Counted from the first letter of the stretch, positions 37,652 through 47,779 are shown. The stretch: 64,000 bases of DNA from Candidatus Iainarchaeum sp. (GCA_028700115.1 JAQVTI010000001.1:107798-171797), one strand, 5' to 3'. The notes: a model not told the origin generated them from the letters alone. Program-made: numbers and translations.

Positions 37652-38803
37652 TTATTTAACAAAAATTTTATTTTTAATTTTTTCTGGGAGATATTTTTTT
37701 GCAACAAAATCTAAAGATTTATTTGCAAGAGCTTGTTGCTCTATCCTGATTTTTTTATCAAGTGCAATCTTTAATTCTTTTTGCCAACCAGGAGTATTAA
37801 ACCAATCATATTTCATTAATTCTTTTGCTCTTTTAATATCCCCATCTTTCATCTTCTCAGTTACATTTTGTAAACCATATGTTTCTACATCTGTTAAAGT
37901 CATACCAACATATTCAGCATCTGGAACTGCAAGATATTTTGAATGAGCTGCAAGAGCCATAGACCCACTTTTAATTACAGAAAAAATATACCATCCATAA
38001 GGATCCCCATCTGTAAAAACAATCACAGGTAAATTAAATTCATATCTTAATCTATGAATTAATCTTCTTGTACCTCTTGCAGCTTGCCCACCTGTTCCTA
38101 TTAAAATAGCTCTATTTTCTTTTGTAAATCTTTCTTCAATTAATCTCCCATACATTGCAGAGGTTTCAATAACTAAAACATAATCTGCATTAACTTCTTT
38201 AATTTCAATCTCTTCAGGTTCAAGTCTAGACATAATAGACCATCCCCCTCTTCCAAGAGTAGAACAATTAAATTCATCATTATCATGCTTTTTATCAATT
38301 AAAGTAATATCCCCATATAAAGATCCTTTAGGATCTGCATGAAGACCTAATTTTTCTCTAATAGTATTTACTGAATGTTCAATATCCACAATTACATCAT
38401 TTGATTCTTCTTGGGCATCAAAAGTGTTTTCTTTAGTACCTTCTACAGTTCTTTTAAGTTCATAATAAATTTCTCTGATAGATGCAGTTTTATCATGAAT
38501 TAAATAATCATAACATTTATCATTTACTAAAACAGTTTGCATGAATTTTCTTGCAGCTCCAAGATTTAAAAAAGGTCTTGTTACTTTTTTATCTCCTAAT
38601 TGTATAAAATTATTTTTTTCATCAAAATAAACATTTGAATATCCTCTAACTCTAGTTGTAAAAGTAGGAGAATGATTATTTTCAATCTGATGTGCAATAT
38701 TTTTTGATATTTCAAAAACTCTTTTTGCAATATCTTTCTTCCCTTCAATTTCATGCTCTTCTAATTTATTTTTTTCTTGTTTTTTAACATTCATAAAAAT
38801 CAC
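37652..38803 (-). CDS. top6A: DNA topoisomerase VI subunit A (Spo11-like)
   Basis: Size, Toprim region (VIVFTDGDPYGW) and adjacency to top6B. Confidence 0.8.
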   Translation of the reverse strand: MIFMNVKKQEKNKLEEHEIEGKKDIAKRVFEISKNIAHQIENNHSPTFTTRVRGYSNVYFDEKNNFIQLGDKKVTRPFLNLGAARKFMQTVLVNDKCYDYLIHDKTASIREIYYELKRTVEGTKENTFDAQEESNDVIVDIEHSVNTIREKLGLHADPKGSLYGDITLIDKKHDNDEFNCSTLGRGGWSIMSRLEPEEIEIKEVNADYVLVIETSAMYGRLIEERFTKENRAILIGTGGQAARGTRRLIHRLRYEFNLPVIVFTDGDPYGWYIFSVIKSGSMALAAHSKYLAVPDAEYVGMTLTDVETYGLQNVTEKMKDGDIKRAKELMKYDWFNTPGWQKELKIALDKKIRIEQQALANKSLDFVAKKYLPEKIKNKIFVK

Positions 38804-38809
38804 AAATTT

Positions 38810-40582
38810 TTATTCTTCCATTTCATCATTTTCTTCAGAAAAATCATCATCTATATTTTCAGGTTTACTAGATAAATGTTTTTCATTTTCATCATCCATT
38901 TTTAATTTTTCTAAAACCATTTTATCTAAATTTTTTTGTAAAATTTTAGGATCTCCCCCAACTGTATGAACTATAGCTTCTACTACATATGGAGAATATC
39001 TAGAAAATACTTTTCTTTTTTCTTTTTTCTCAGCATCTCTTTTTTTATCTATTAAAAACTTACCAAGTCTTCTTGCAACATCTTGTAATGCAAGCTTTAA
39101 ATCAGTTACAATTTCTTCTTCATCTGCAATTGCAGATTTACCTGCAGAAGTATAAGGTATATGAACAGAGATTAAATTTACAAAAATAGAAATTGGTGCA
39201 GAATCTATATTTGATATTCCATATCTTTTCCAATCAATTGAAGAAACTGTTTTAGTAATAACACATCCTCCGGCATCAAAAAGTAAAGGTGCTTTATTTG
39301 AATATCTAATTATTTCAGAAACTCTTACTTCTCTTATAGTTTCTCCATTTTCACTTGCTTCTTCTGCTTCTTCTTTTTTCTTTTTAGAAACTTTTGCAGA
39401 ATTTAAACTAACAAGTCTTCCAGCTTGCCCACCATATGCCAACCCAACTTCAACTTGAAAAGCATATCCACCTTTATAAACAGAAGGTTTTCTAGTATTT
39501 ACAAAACAAAATTCTGGATCAATTACAGATTTTAAAGACTTTTCAATAAAAGGTTCTCCAATAGGCACTAAATTTTCTGTATTTGGTGCAATAAATTTTG
39601 TTTGTTTTATAGCTTTAACAATTTCTTCTGCTTCATCCCAAGTTAATTTTTTTGGATCTTTATTAAGATCAAAATGAACTAATTTTGCAACATTATCAAC
39701 AGCAGTTTGACCAAATCTATCATATGTTATTAAAAGATATGAAGATACTTTTCTTGCAGGGCTATATCTTGCAAGAGATAACATTTCATCAACTGTAACT
39801 CCTCTTGGATGTGGTTTTACTTGTTTTGGAATTTTTGGAAGTTTTTTTACACTTCTAGGATATAAAGTTATTTCTCCAGAAGGATCTTCAAATTTAATAG
39901 TTGCATGAGGATTAGAAATTGCTGTTCGTCTTAAATATTCATCTACTGAATTTTGTCCTTTTTTATATTGTATTTCTTTAAATTTAGACTTTATTGCAAG
40001 ACCTCTAAATTTTTTATCTAAATAAATTTTTTCAGTAATTTTTGGGGAATTTGTTTTTGAATCTATAGATATTTCTAAAGAAACAGTTTTTCCAGTTGTA
40101 GTCCCAGAAATAACTTTAGTTGGTTTACCAGTTGTAATTTGAGAAAATAAAATAATTCCAGAAACTCCAATTCCTTGTTGACCTCTTGTTTGAACTAGTC
40201 TATGAAATTTAGTTCCAGCTAAAAGTTTTCCTAAAGCACTTCCAATTTTATTTTCTGGAATCCCAGGACCATTATCAATAACAGAAATTTCAAAATATTC
40301 TTCACTGATTTCAGAAAGTTTAACTTCTATTTCAGGTAAAATTCCAGCTTCTTCACAAGCATCTAAAGAATTAGTTACAATTTCATGAATAATTGTTGTA
40401 AGTGTTCTTTGTTTTCCATAAAGACCTAACATTTGTCTATTTTTTTTAAAAAAATCAGCTACAGAATTTTCTTTAAATTCAGAAAATAAAACATTTGCAT
40501 CTATTCCATCTGGATTTTTATTATCTTGAGAATTATCAATATCAATTTCTTTTTTATTTTTTATATTTTTATTATCTGGCAT
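38810..40582 (-). CDS. top6B: DNA topoisomerase VI subunit B (GHKL ATPase)
   Basis: Bergerat ATP-binding fold motifs (EIVTNSLDA, IDNGPGI, GQQGIGVSG). Acidic C-terminal tail. Confidence 0.8.
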   Translation of the reverse strand: MPDNKNIKNKKEIDIDNSQDNKNPDGIDANVLFSEFKENSVADFFKKNRQMLGLYGKQRTLTTIIHEIVTNSLDACEEAGILPEIEVKLSEISEEYFEISVIDNGPGIPENKIGSALGKLLAGTKFHRLVQTRGQQGIGVSGIILFSQITTGKPTKVISGTTTGKTVSLEISIDSKTNSPKITEKIYLDKKFRGLAIKSKFKEIQYKKGQNSVDEYLRRTAISNPHATIKFEDPSGEITLYPRSVKKLPKIPKQVKPHPRGVTVDEMLSLARYSPARKVSSYLLITYDRFGQTAVDNVAKLVHFDLNKDPKKLTWDEAEEIVKAIKQTKFIAPNTENLVPIGEPFIEKSLKSVIDPEFCFVNTRKPSVYKGGYAFQVEVGLAYGGQAGRLVSLNSAKVSKKKKEEAEEASENGETIREVRVSEIIRYSNKAPLLFDAGGCVITKTVSSIDWKRYGISNIDSAPISIFVNLISVHIPYTSAGKSAIADEEEIVTDLKLALQDVARRLGKFLIDKKRDAEKKEKRKVFSRYSPYVVEAIVHTVGGDPKILQKNLDKMVLEKLKMDDENEKHLSSKPENIDDDFSEENDEMEE

Positions 40583-40590
40583 CTACAATC

Positions 40591-40766
40591 ACATTTATTT
40601 TAATTTAGGTTAATTTATTTTAATTTATTTTAATTTAGTTTAAAAATATAATTTAATTATTATAAAATTATTATAAAATTATTATAAAATTATTATAAAA
40701 TTATTATAAAATTATTATAAAATTATTATAAAATTATTATAAAATTATTATAAAATTATTATAAAT
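40591..40766. repeat. two adjoining 11-bp tandem repeat arrays (taatttatttt-like about 4 copies, then ttattataaaa x10) in the top6B / asnB-fusion divergent intergenic region
   Basis: Counted copies of ttattataaaa at 40657, 40668 and so on through 40756. The period of 11 is close to one helical turn. Confidence 0.9.
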
Positions 40767-40899
40767 ATTACAAATTATAAATATTATATATATAATATAT
40801 TAAAATATATTTATAAATATATTTATGATAAAGAAAGTAAAATAAATATAATAAAGATAAAACAAATAATTTAAATATATATTGTAAAATAAGATATTT

Positions 40900-43044
40900 A
40901 TGTGTTCGATTGCAGGTAGCTTTAATTTAACTCAAAGCATCAAAAATTGTTATGAAATGAATGTTTTAATGCAAAAAAGAGGTCCTAACCACACATCTTT
41001 TGCACACATCAAAGATAATAAAGTATATATTTATGAATATACAGATAGATTTGAACAAAACAATACAATAAGCCATAATTTACTTGCAATTGTAGGAAAC
41101 ATATCTCAACCTATAAAATATAAAAACACATTAATTACATCTAATTGTGAGATATATAATTGGAAAGAAATTTGTAAAAAAGAAAAAATAAATGCAAGAA
41201 ATGACTCAGAGATGTTAATTAAACTTTTTGAGAAAGAAAAAGTAAATAAGAAAACTTTAGAAAAACTAGATGGAGCATATGCATTTTGTTTCTGGAAAGA
41301 AAACAAAATTTATCTTGCAAGAGATATTTTAGGAGTAAAACCTTTATGGTTTTCATATGAGAACAAAAGTTTTTGTTTTGCATCAGAAAAAAAAGCCTTA
41401 GAAAAAATTGGACGAGAAAAAATAGAATTTTTAGATCCAAGAAAGATTTTAATTTATGATATTAATAAAAATCTAATTAACTATAAAAAAAGAGAATTTA
41501 TAAAAATTAAAGAAAATAAAAATGGTTTAGAAAAAAATAAAAAAATAATTCAAGAAAAATTAGAACAAGCAATTATTAAAAGAATTCCAGAAAAAAAACT
41601 AGCACTTCTTTTTAGTGGAGGAATAGATTCTACAATAATTGCAATGATTCTTAAAAAACACAAAATAGATTTTACAGCATACTTTGCACATCTTAAAGGA
41701 TATAATGAAAATAAAGATTTAGAATATGTTAGAGAGATTGCAAAAAAATATAAAATTAAATTAAAAATTAAAAGTTTAGATTATAAAGACTTAGAAAAAA
41801 ATATTAAACAAGTTGTAAAAACTATTGAATCAACTAACCCTATTAAAATAGGAGTTGGCTTACCTATTTATCTTGCAAGTAAACTTGCTTCAAAAGATAA
41901 AAATAAAGTTATTTTTTCAGGACTTGGTTCTGATGAGATTTTTGCAGGATATAATAGATTTAAAGAATCTAAACATATTCAAAAAGACACACTTAATCTA
42001 CTTTATCAAATACATGAAAATGATTTAAATAGAGACGACTCTCTTACAATGGAAAACAGTATTGAGTTAAGACTTCCTTTTTTAGATTTACCTTTAATTA
42101 AAGAAGTAATTGGAATTGAAGATAAACAAAAAATTAACTCTGAAGAAAATAAAATTATCTTAAGAGAGATTTCAAAAGAATATAGTCTAGATGAAAAATA
42201 TTTTAAAAGAAAAAAAGTTGCTGCACAATATGGTTCTGGGTTTGATAAAGGAATAATTAAACTTTCAAAAGAAAATAAATTTAAATCAAAATCAGAATAT
42301 CTAAAAACTTTTTTAGAAAAGCAGAATCTTAATTTAGGATGTTTATATTCTTCTGGAAAAGACTCTAATCTTTCTTTAAATATTCTAAAAAAACAAAATT
42401 ATAAAATAAAATGTTTAATTTCTATTATTCCAGAAAACAAAGACTCATACATGTATCAAACTCCTGATTTAAAAATTTTAAAAGCACAATCAGAATGTAT
42501 AGAAATACCTTTAGTTTTAGGAAAAACAAAAGGTGAAAAAGAAAAAGAATTAATTGATCTTAAAAAAGTAATTAAAAAAGCAAAAGATAAATACAATCTG
42601 CAAGGAATTGTCTCAGGTGCATTATTTAGTAACTACCAAAGAGAAAGAATTCAAAACATATGTAATGATTTAGGTTTAAGATTGTTTTCACCTCTATGGA
42701 ATATAAACCAAGAAAAAGAAGTTTTGAAATTAATAAAAGAAAAATTTGATTTTAGAATTGTTAAAATTGCTGGATATGGACTAAATAAAGATTGGTTTTT
42801 AAGAAAAATAGATTTAAAAGCTTTAGAAGAACTTAAAAAACTAAATAAGAAATATGGTTTCAATGTAGCAGGAGAAGGTGGAGAATTTGAAACTATTGTT
42901 TTAGACTCACCTGATTTTAAAAAAAAAATAAAAGTTATAGACTACAAGATAAATTTAGAAAATGAATTTACTGGTGAAATTGAAATTAAAAAAATAAAAA
43001 TAGAAGAAAAAAGAAAAACTAATTCTAACAAGTACAACCAATAG
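40900..43044 (+). CDS. asparagine synthetase-like glutamine amidotransferase (Ntn Cys2 + PP-loop) fused to a C-terminal Dph6/MJ0570-type (DUF71, ATP_bind_4) PP-loop domain
   Basis: MCSIAG N-terminal nucleophile; SGGIDST PP-loop at about residue 235. The C-terminal approximately 230 aa carry a second PP-loop SSGKDS and the EGGEFET motif characteristic of diphthine-ammonia ligase-type enzymes. Confidence 0.6.
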   Translation: MCSIAGSFNLTQSIKNCYEMNVLMQKRGPNHTSFAHIKDNKVYIYEYTDRFEQNNTISHNLLAIVGNISQPIKYKNTLITSNCEIYNWKEICKKEKINARNDSEMLIKLFEKEKVNKKTLEKLDGAYAFCFWKENKIYLARDILGVKPLWFSYENKSFCFASEKKALEKIGREKIEFLDPRKILIYDINKNLINYKKREFIKIKENKNGLEKNKKIIQEKLEQAIIKRIPEKKLALLFSGGIDSTIIAMILKKHKIDFTAYFAHLKGYNENKDLEYVREIAKKYKIKLKIKSLDYKDLEKNIKQVVKTIESTNPIKIGVGLPIYLASKLASKDKNKVIFSGLGSDEIFAGYNRFKESKHIQKDTLNLLYQIHENDLNRDDSLTMENSIELRLPFLDLPLIKEVIGIEDKQKINSEENKIILREISKEYSLDEKYFKRKKVAAQYGSGFDKGIIKLSKENKFKSKSEYLKTFLEKQNLNLGCLYSSGKDSNLSLNILKKQNYKIKCLISIIPENKDSYMYQTPDLKILKAQSECIEIPLVLGKTKGEKEKELIDLKKVIKKAKDKYNLQGIVSGALFSNYQRERIQNICNDLGLRLFSPLWNINQEKEVLKLIKEKFDFRIVKIAGYGLNKDWFLRKIDLKALEELKKLNKKYGFNVAGEGGEFETIVLDSPDFKKKIKVIDYKINLENEFTGEIEIKKIKIEEKRKTNSNKYNQ

Positions 43045-44299
43045 CTGCACAACTTTTACCCCAAGCAGTTGCCATTGCTTGACAAAGTGCGACATTACCG
43101 TCTGTAGATGACCTATAAAACATATCACTTGTATCAGTTGTAATCGAAACATTCCATGAAGATAAATTTCTATTCATTTTAGTTCTACCAAACATATAAT
43201 ACATAGTAGATACATTTGAAACATCCCAATTAGATAAATCTTGGTTAAAATTACTTGCATATGCGAACATATTACGCATATTATTAATATTTGAAACATC
43301 CCAATTATTCATATTAGAAACATAAGATACATTTGAACAATTTCTAAAAAAACCTTCTAAACTAGTAACCCCATTTAAATCTAAAATATCAGTTGCAGTT
43401 ATACTAGTTAAATTACTACAACCATAAAATGCATTTGTACTAAATTTTGGGTTAAACCCCCCCCAATGAGATATATTTGTAATTTTAGGATAATCTCCAG
43501 AAGCATTAAAAGACCAACCTTGAATAGTTCCAAACATATTTACATCATAAATTCCTGATGAAGAATAAGTATGTAATTTATCAGAATCATCATAAGAAGT
43601 TATTTCTGAAGTAGTCCCATCTCCCCAATCTACTGTAAAATCATAATTACCTTCAGAAACTAAAGGTAAAGATATTTGATTAGCTTCACTAGATCCAGTA
43701 GAAGTTTTTGTAGTATCCCAAGTTGAAGAAAAATAAGGAATTATACAATCTTGACCACATGAAGAAATTGTTTCATCTCCATTACAAGTTCCATCTCCAC
43801 AATAAGGTGCATTATCACATGAAACAAGACTTGCTCCTAAATAACTTACAGGAATAGAAATATATTTACCATCATTAGTTTTTAATTCTAAAATAAATTC
43901 TTTTGAAGGAATACATATTATATCTAATTGATTACTTCTATTTGGATTAATAACTAAAGGAGTTTCTAAAGTATATTCTGTGTTTATAAAATTTGTATTT
44001 TCTGCGGTTGTAGAAATTAATTTATATGCAACAACATTTAAATCTTTATTAAAATTGTTATTTTCTAAAACAACTTTAGAATAATCCCCAGACATACTTT
44101 CATAAACAGATCTGTATTTTATAAACCCATCTAAATCTGATTTATCATAAGTAACTACAGAAGATTCATCTAGATTAGATGTAGTAAAATCTTTTGAAAA
44201 AGAAACAATTCCTGCAATTAAAACAACTGAAACTAAAACAATTAAAACAGTTGCAATTAATGGAGAAATTGCTTTTTTATAAAAATCATTGCCAAACAT
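43025..44299 (-). CDS. surface protein with archaeal class III (pilin-type) signal peptide, Cys-rich module and C-terminal DUF285/BspA-like repeats
   Basis: Start taken at MFGNDFYKKA-ISPLIATVLIVLVSVVLIAG (archaeal pilin N-domain-like). The longer track ORF begins at 44383. CGDGTCNGDETISSCGQDC module. Repeats NFNQDLSNWDVSNVSTMYYMF / NLSSWNVS..DMF typical of DUF285. Confidence 0.55.
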   Translation of the reverse strand: MFGNDFYKKAISPLIATVLIVLVSVVLIAGIVSFSKDFTTSNLDESSVVTYDKSDLDGFIKYRSVYESMSGDYSKVVLENNNFNKDLNVVAYKLISTTAENTNFINTEYTLETPLVINPNRSNQLDIICIPSKEFILELKTNDGKYISIPVSYLGASLVSCDNAPYCGDGTCNGDETISSCGQDCIIPYFSSTWDTTKTSTGSSEANQISLPLVSEGNYDFTVDWGDGTTSEITSYDDSDKLHTYSSSGIYDVNMFGTIQGWSFNASGDYPKITNISHWGGFNPKFSTNAFYGCSNLTSITATDILDLNGVTSLEGFFRNCSNVSYVSNMNNWDVSNINNMRNMFAYASNFNQDLSNWDVSNVSTMYYMFGRTKMNRNLSSWNVSITTDTSDMFYRSSTDGNVALCQAMATAWGKSCAAIGCTC

Positions 44300-44360
44300 A
44301 TATAAACAATTATAAAAAATATTTAAAAACATATTTATTATTAAATAAAAATTAAAAAAA

Positions 44361-44942
44361 TTAATCAAAAGAAATATCATCAATTTTAACTTCTTGGGTC
44401 TTAACTTTTTTATAACCTTCTGCTTTTAAAGATAAAGATTTTAACATTTTAAAAACAGTTGTATGTTTTACACCTTGTAATATTTTTTCAATAACATCTC
44501 TTACTTCAGAAATATTATCTTGATAACCAATAATAGAAACTGTCTTTCCATAAACAGAAATAAAACAATGAAGCTTATCTTCAATCATTTTTTTAATATG
44601 ACCATCTTTTCCAATAACTCTTCCTCTTATTTGTTCATGTCTATTTCTTGTATTTTTTACAAAATCATCTAAATCAATTATTTCTAAAAGAAAATTATCT
44701 TCTAAAAGATTAAAAGAAACTTCTGGAGAAAACCCTCTTGAAATTGCAGTAAGTATATTTTTTGCGATATGTATTTCATAAAATGATTTTTTAGTTGAAA
44801 TAATTATTTCCCCAGTATGACTATTAATATTTAAATTAGTAGAAGTTTTTTTTTGAATATCTTTTTTAGTTTGACCATTTTCTCCAATAATTACAGCAAG
44901 TCTTTTTTTAGTAACTTTTATTTCATCTTCCATAAAGCTCAA
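44361..44942 (-). CDS. KH-domain RNA-binding protein (Dim2/Pno1-like)
   Basis: KH GxxG motif VIGKDGHIKKMIE. Downstream of the Rio kinase, as in many archaea. Confidence 0.6.
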   Translation of the reverse strand: MSFMEDEIKVTKKRLAVIIGENGQTKKDIQKKTSTNLNINSHTGEIIISTKKSFYEIHIAKNILTAISRGFSPEVSFNLLEDNFLLEIIDLDDFVKNTRNRHEQIRGRVIGKDGHIKKMIEDKLHCFISVYGKTVSIIGYQDNISEVRDVIEKILQGVKHTTVFKMLKSLSLKAEGYKKVKTQEVKIDDISFD

Positions 44943-45660
44943 CTTTTTTCTTTTTTAAATCTTCTAAAAACATGTCATATGTAATTTCTATTTTTGGAAA
45001 TTTTTTAGACAAAAAATCCACAATATTAATAATATCTCTTTTTAAAAAAAACTTAGATTTAGGATGGCTATAAGTTACAGATTGACCCATATCAATAATA
45101 CTTATTATTTGAGAAATAGGGTTAATTAAAATATTAAATGCAGAAAAATCTGCATGAACTATTTTAGCTCCATAAAGCAATTTTGCATAATTATCTATAA
45201 GTTGAGGATAAATTTTATCTAAATCAAAATCAATTTCATTAAGTCTTGGGAAAGATTTATCATTTATACCTAAAAAAGACATAATAATTATATTTTTTTC
45301 TCTAGCTATTACAACAGGACAACTAACATTATATTTTAAAGCAAGAGTTAAATTTTTAAATTCTTTAGAAGCCCAAACCATAAACATATCTCTTTTGTCA
45401 GTAGACATATTTCTAAATCTAAAATCTCCTTTAATATATTGATCCATATTTTTAAATTTAGAAGTTTCTATCTTATAAATTTTTGCAACTAAGGGAGTTT
45501 TTTCTAAATGTCCTAAAAAAGTAATTGCTTCTTTTCCACTAGATATAGGAGAATCAATTGAAGTAATAATATTATTAGAAGAAAGTTTAAATAAAGCTTT
45601 ATGTGTAGATTCATCAAAAACATAATTCTCTATCTTAGTATTAATTTTCATAAATATCAA
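44923..45660 (-). CDS. rio1: RIO-type serine protein kinase (Rio1-like)
   Basis: ATP loop SGKEA, catalytic loop VHADFSAFNILI, metal-binding IIDMGQS. Confidence 0.7.
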   Translation of the reverse strand: MIFMKINTKIENYVFDESTHKALFKLSSNNIITSIDSPISSGKEAITFLGHLEKTPLVAKIYKIETSKFKNMDQYIKGDFRFRNMSTDKRDMFMVWASKEFKNLTLALKYNVSCPVVIAREKNIIIMSFLGINDKSFPRLNEIDFDLDKIYPQLIDNYAKLLYGAKIVHADFSAFNILINPISQIISIIDMGQSVTYSHPKSKFFLKRDIINIVDFLSKKFPKIEITYDMFLEDLKKKKVELYGR

Positions 45661-45682
45661 AATTTATTTATATTAAAAATAA

Positions 45683-46042
45683 TTATTCTTTTTCATTTTT
45701 AGAATAATTATTTGAAGAAACAACATCATGAGTAAATTTATATAAATTATTTAAAACACCTTTTCTTTCAAGTTGACCAACTTGAAAACCTAAAAATCTC
45801 CAAATCACATCTCCTTTTATAGGTTGAAAATCCCAAAGTTTTACTATAACAACATCTCCTGGTTTTATCCAAATATGTTTAAACATTTTTCCAGGTATTC
45901 TACAAACTCTTTCTATTCCATCTTCACAAAGAATAGAAATATTATTTACACCCATAAGTTGTACTACTTTTCCAAATAACTCTAAGTCTTCTTTTCTTGG
46001 CAACCTAAGTCTTTTAAAATTTGGGGTTTGATCTAAGCTCAA
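45683..46042 (-). CDS. eif1a: translation initiation factor aIF-1A
   Basis: OB fold with VCRIPGKMFKHIWIKPGDVVIV signature. Confidence 0.85.
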   Translation of the reverse strand: MSLDQTPNFKRLRLPRKEDLELFGKVVQLMGVNNISILCEDGIERVCRIPGKMFKHIWIKPGDVVIVKLWDFQPIKGDVIWRFLGFQVGQLERKGVLNNLYKFTHDVVSSNNYSKNEKE

Positions 46043-46060
46043 AAATTAATCACTCCTTTA

Positions 46061-46366
46061 TTAAATTTTATATATTTGCACATGTGGCACTTTATTTAAA
46101 AAAATTACTTGATCTTTATTAATTAAATTATTATTTATAAAAAAACCACAAGATTTTTTCCCAAAACAATTTACAGAATCACAATCTTTAAAAAAATCTA
46201 AAACTTCTTTTTCAGAAATAATTTTTTCTCCAAAAAAAGAAGAAGATATCATAATTTCAAAATTTTTTAAAATAATTTTTGTATTAACTAAATTTGAATC
46301 ACAAACAGCTAAGATTTTATTTTTTGAAAAATTATGTAATTTACCAATCATAATATTTGTTTCCAT
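46061..46366 (-). CDS. small conserved hypothetical protein (about 100 aa) between aIF2-beta and aIF-1A
   Basis: ORF only. Position fits a gene neighbourhood seen in archaea, but no motif is recognised. Confidence 0.3.
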   Translation of the reverse strand: METNIMIGKLHNFSKNKILAVCDSNLVNTKIILKNFEIMISSSFFGEKIISEKEVLDFFKDCDSVNCFGKKSCGFFINNNLINKDQVIFLNKVPHVQIYKI

Positions 46367-46399
46367 TTTAAATTTTAAATAATAAACTTTTTAAAAAAA

Positions 46400-46825
46400 T
46401 TATAATTTTGGTAAAGGATTAATTGCACCACAAACACTACATTTTAAAACCTTTACACCATTTTGAGTTACAATATCTGTATCTGGTTTTTTACAAGCAA
46501 GACATATCACAAAATTTTTTAAATATTTCTCAAAGATTTGATTTAATTTATAATTATTAAAAACACCATTTAAAATTAAAGTACCATTTTGAATACTTGA
46601 AGATGTAGAAATCTCTTTCATAATAAATTTATATATTTGAGATTCATCTCTTTTAATAGTTTTTGCAACTTTTGAAAAATTTTTCCAAATAGTTTGTTTA
46701 CCCATAACCATTGATTCAACTGTTGGAAGTATAAATCTAGAATCATCTAATGCTTTATTAGGAAGAGACATATAAATCCTATCTAATAAATCTTTATAAT
46801 TTAATTCATTTTTAGTATCGTTCAT
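46400..46825 (-). CDS. eif2b: translation initiation factor aIF-2 beta
   Basis: C-terminal Zn ribbon CLACKKPDT...CSVCGA. Size 141 aa. Confidence 0.8.
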   Translation of the reverse strand: MNDTKNELNYKDLLDRIYMSLPNKALDDSRFILPTVESMVMGKQTIWKNFSKVAKTIKRDESQIYKFIMKEISTSSSIQNGTLILNGVFNNYKLNQIFEKYLKNFVICLACKKPDTDIVTQNGVKVLKCSVCGAINPLPKL

Positions 46826-46927
46826 AAATATAATATATGATAAGAAGTATTTATAAAACTAAAGTAAAAAGAAAAAAAAGAAAATAAATCAAGAAAAATT
46901 AAAAAAATAAAAATAAACAAAATAAAA

Positions 46928-47779
46928 CTATAAAAGAAATATTAAAATATAAATAATTACAAAAAGCATAAATAAAGTTTGAAGGGGAAGAGCAGGAAGT
47001 GCTTTTATTTTTTTAGACTTAGAAAGAATTACAAAAGTTAAAACCAATCCTAAAATAGAAGCAAGCCAAATAAACATAATAGGAAATATTGTTTGAATAA
47101 AGGTATATTTACCAATTAATATATAAAAAAAAGATACAGAAGTTAATAATGGAATAACAATATCTCCCCCTCCAAGTTGATATACTTTTCTTTTAGTAGG
47201 AATAGAAAATGTAAAAGCTAATTTTTTTTTAATAACCATATTTGCTAAAACCACCATATGCTTTGTATAAAAAACAGCAATAATATCATAAATAGATAAT
47301 AAAATTATAAAAACGATTACAGGAATAACACCTAAAGATAAACCAATAATAGACCCTGCTCCTGCAATAGATATAGCTAATAAAAAATTATTATACCACA
47401 TTAAAAGTTTTATATTTTTTTTAAATTTTAAAAAATTTCTAAAAACTAATAAAAACAAACTAATTAACAAAGCAAAATAATAAGATAAAAAAACATCAAA
47501 AACAACTACACAACCAACAAATAAAGCCATAATTTCAAAAAAATTAAGATAATTTTGTTTTTTAAAAAATCTTTTTAAAAAAATCATAAGAAAAGTAAAT
47601 ATTAAAATTTCAATTAAAATACCAAAAGCATTAATTACATTATTAGGATCTTCTGTAAATACACCTCTAACAGCATCTTGATTTAAATAATAATTTGCAG
47701 AAATTAACCCAATTATTTGTATAAATACAAAAATTAAAATAAAAATTATAAAAAAATTAAAATCTAATTTTTTAGTCAT
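46928..47779 (-). CDS. presenilin / signal-peptide-peptidase family intramembrane aspartyl protease (A22) homolog
   Basis: Multi-TM protein with the three family motifs in order: YD (LSIYDIIAVF), GxGD (QLGGGDIVIP) and PAL (KALPALP). Confidence 0.65.
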   Translation of the reverse strand: MTKKLDFNFFIIFILIFVFIQIIGLISANYYLNQDAVRGVFTEDPNNVINAFGILIEILIFTFLMIFLKRFFKKQNYLNFFEIMALFVGCVVVFDVFLSYYFALLISLFLLVFRNFLKFKKNIKLLMWYNNFLLAISIAGAGSIIGLSLGVIPVIVFIILLSIYDIIAVFYTKHMVVLANMVIKKKLAFTFSIPTKRKVYQLGGGDIVIPLLTSVSFFYILIGKYTFIQTIFPIMFIWLASILGLVLTFVILSKSKKIKALPALPLQTLFMLFVIIYILIFLL

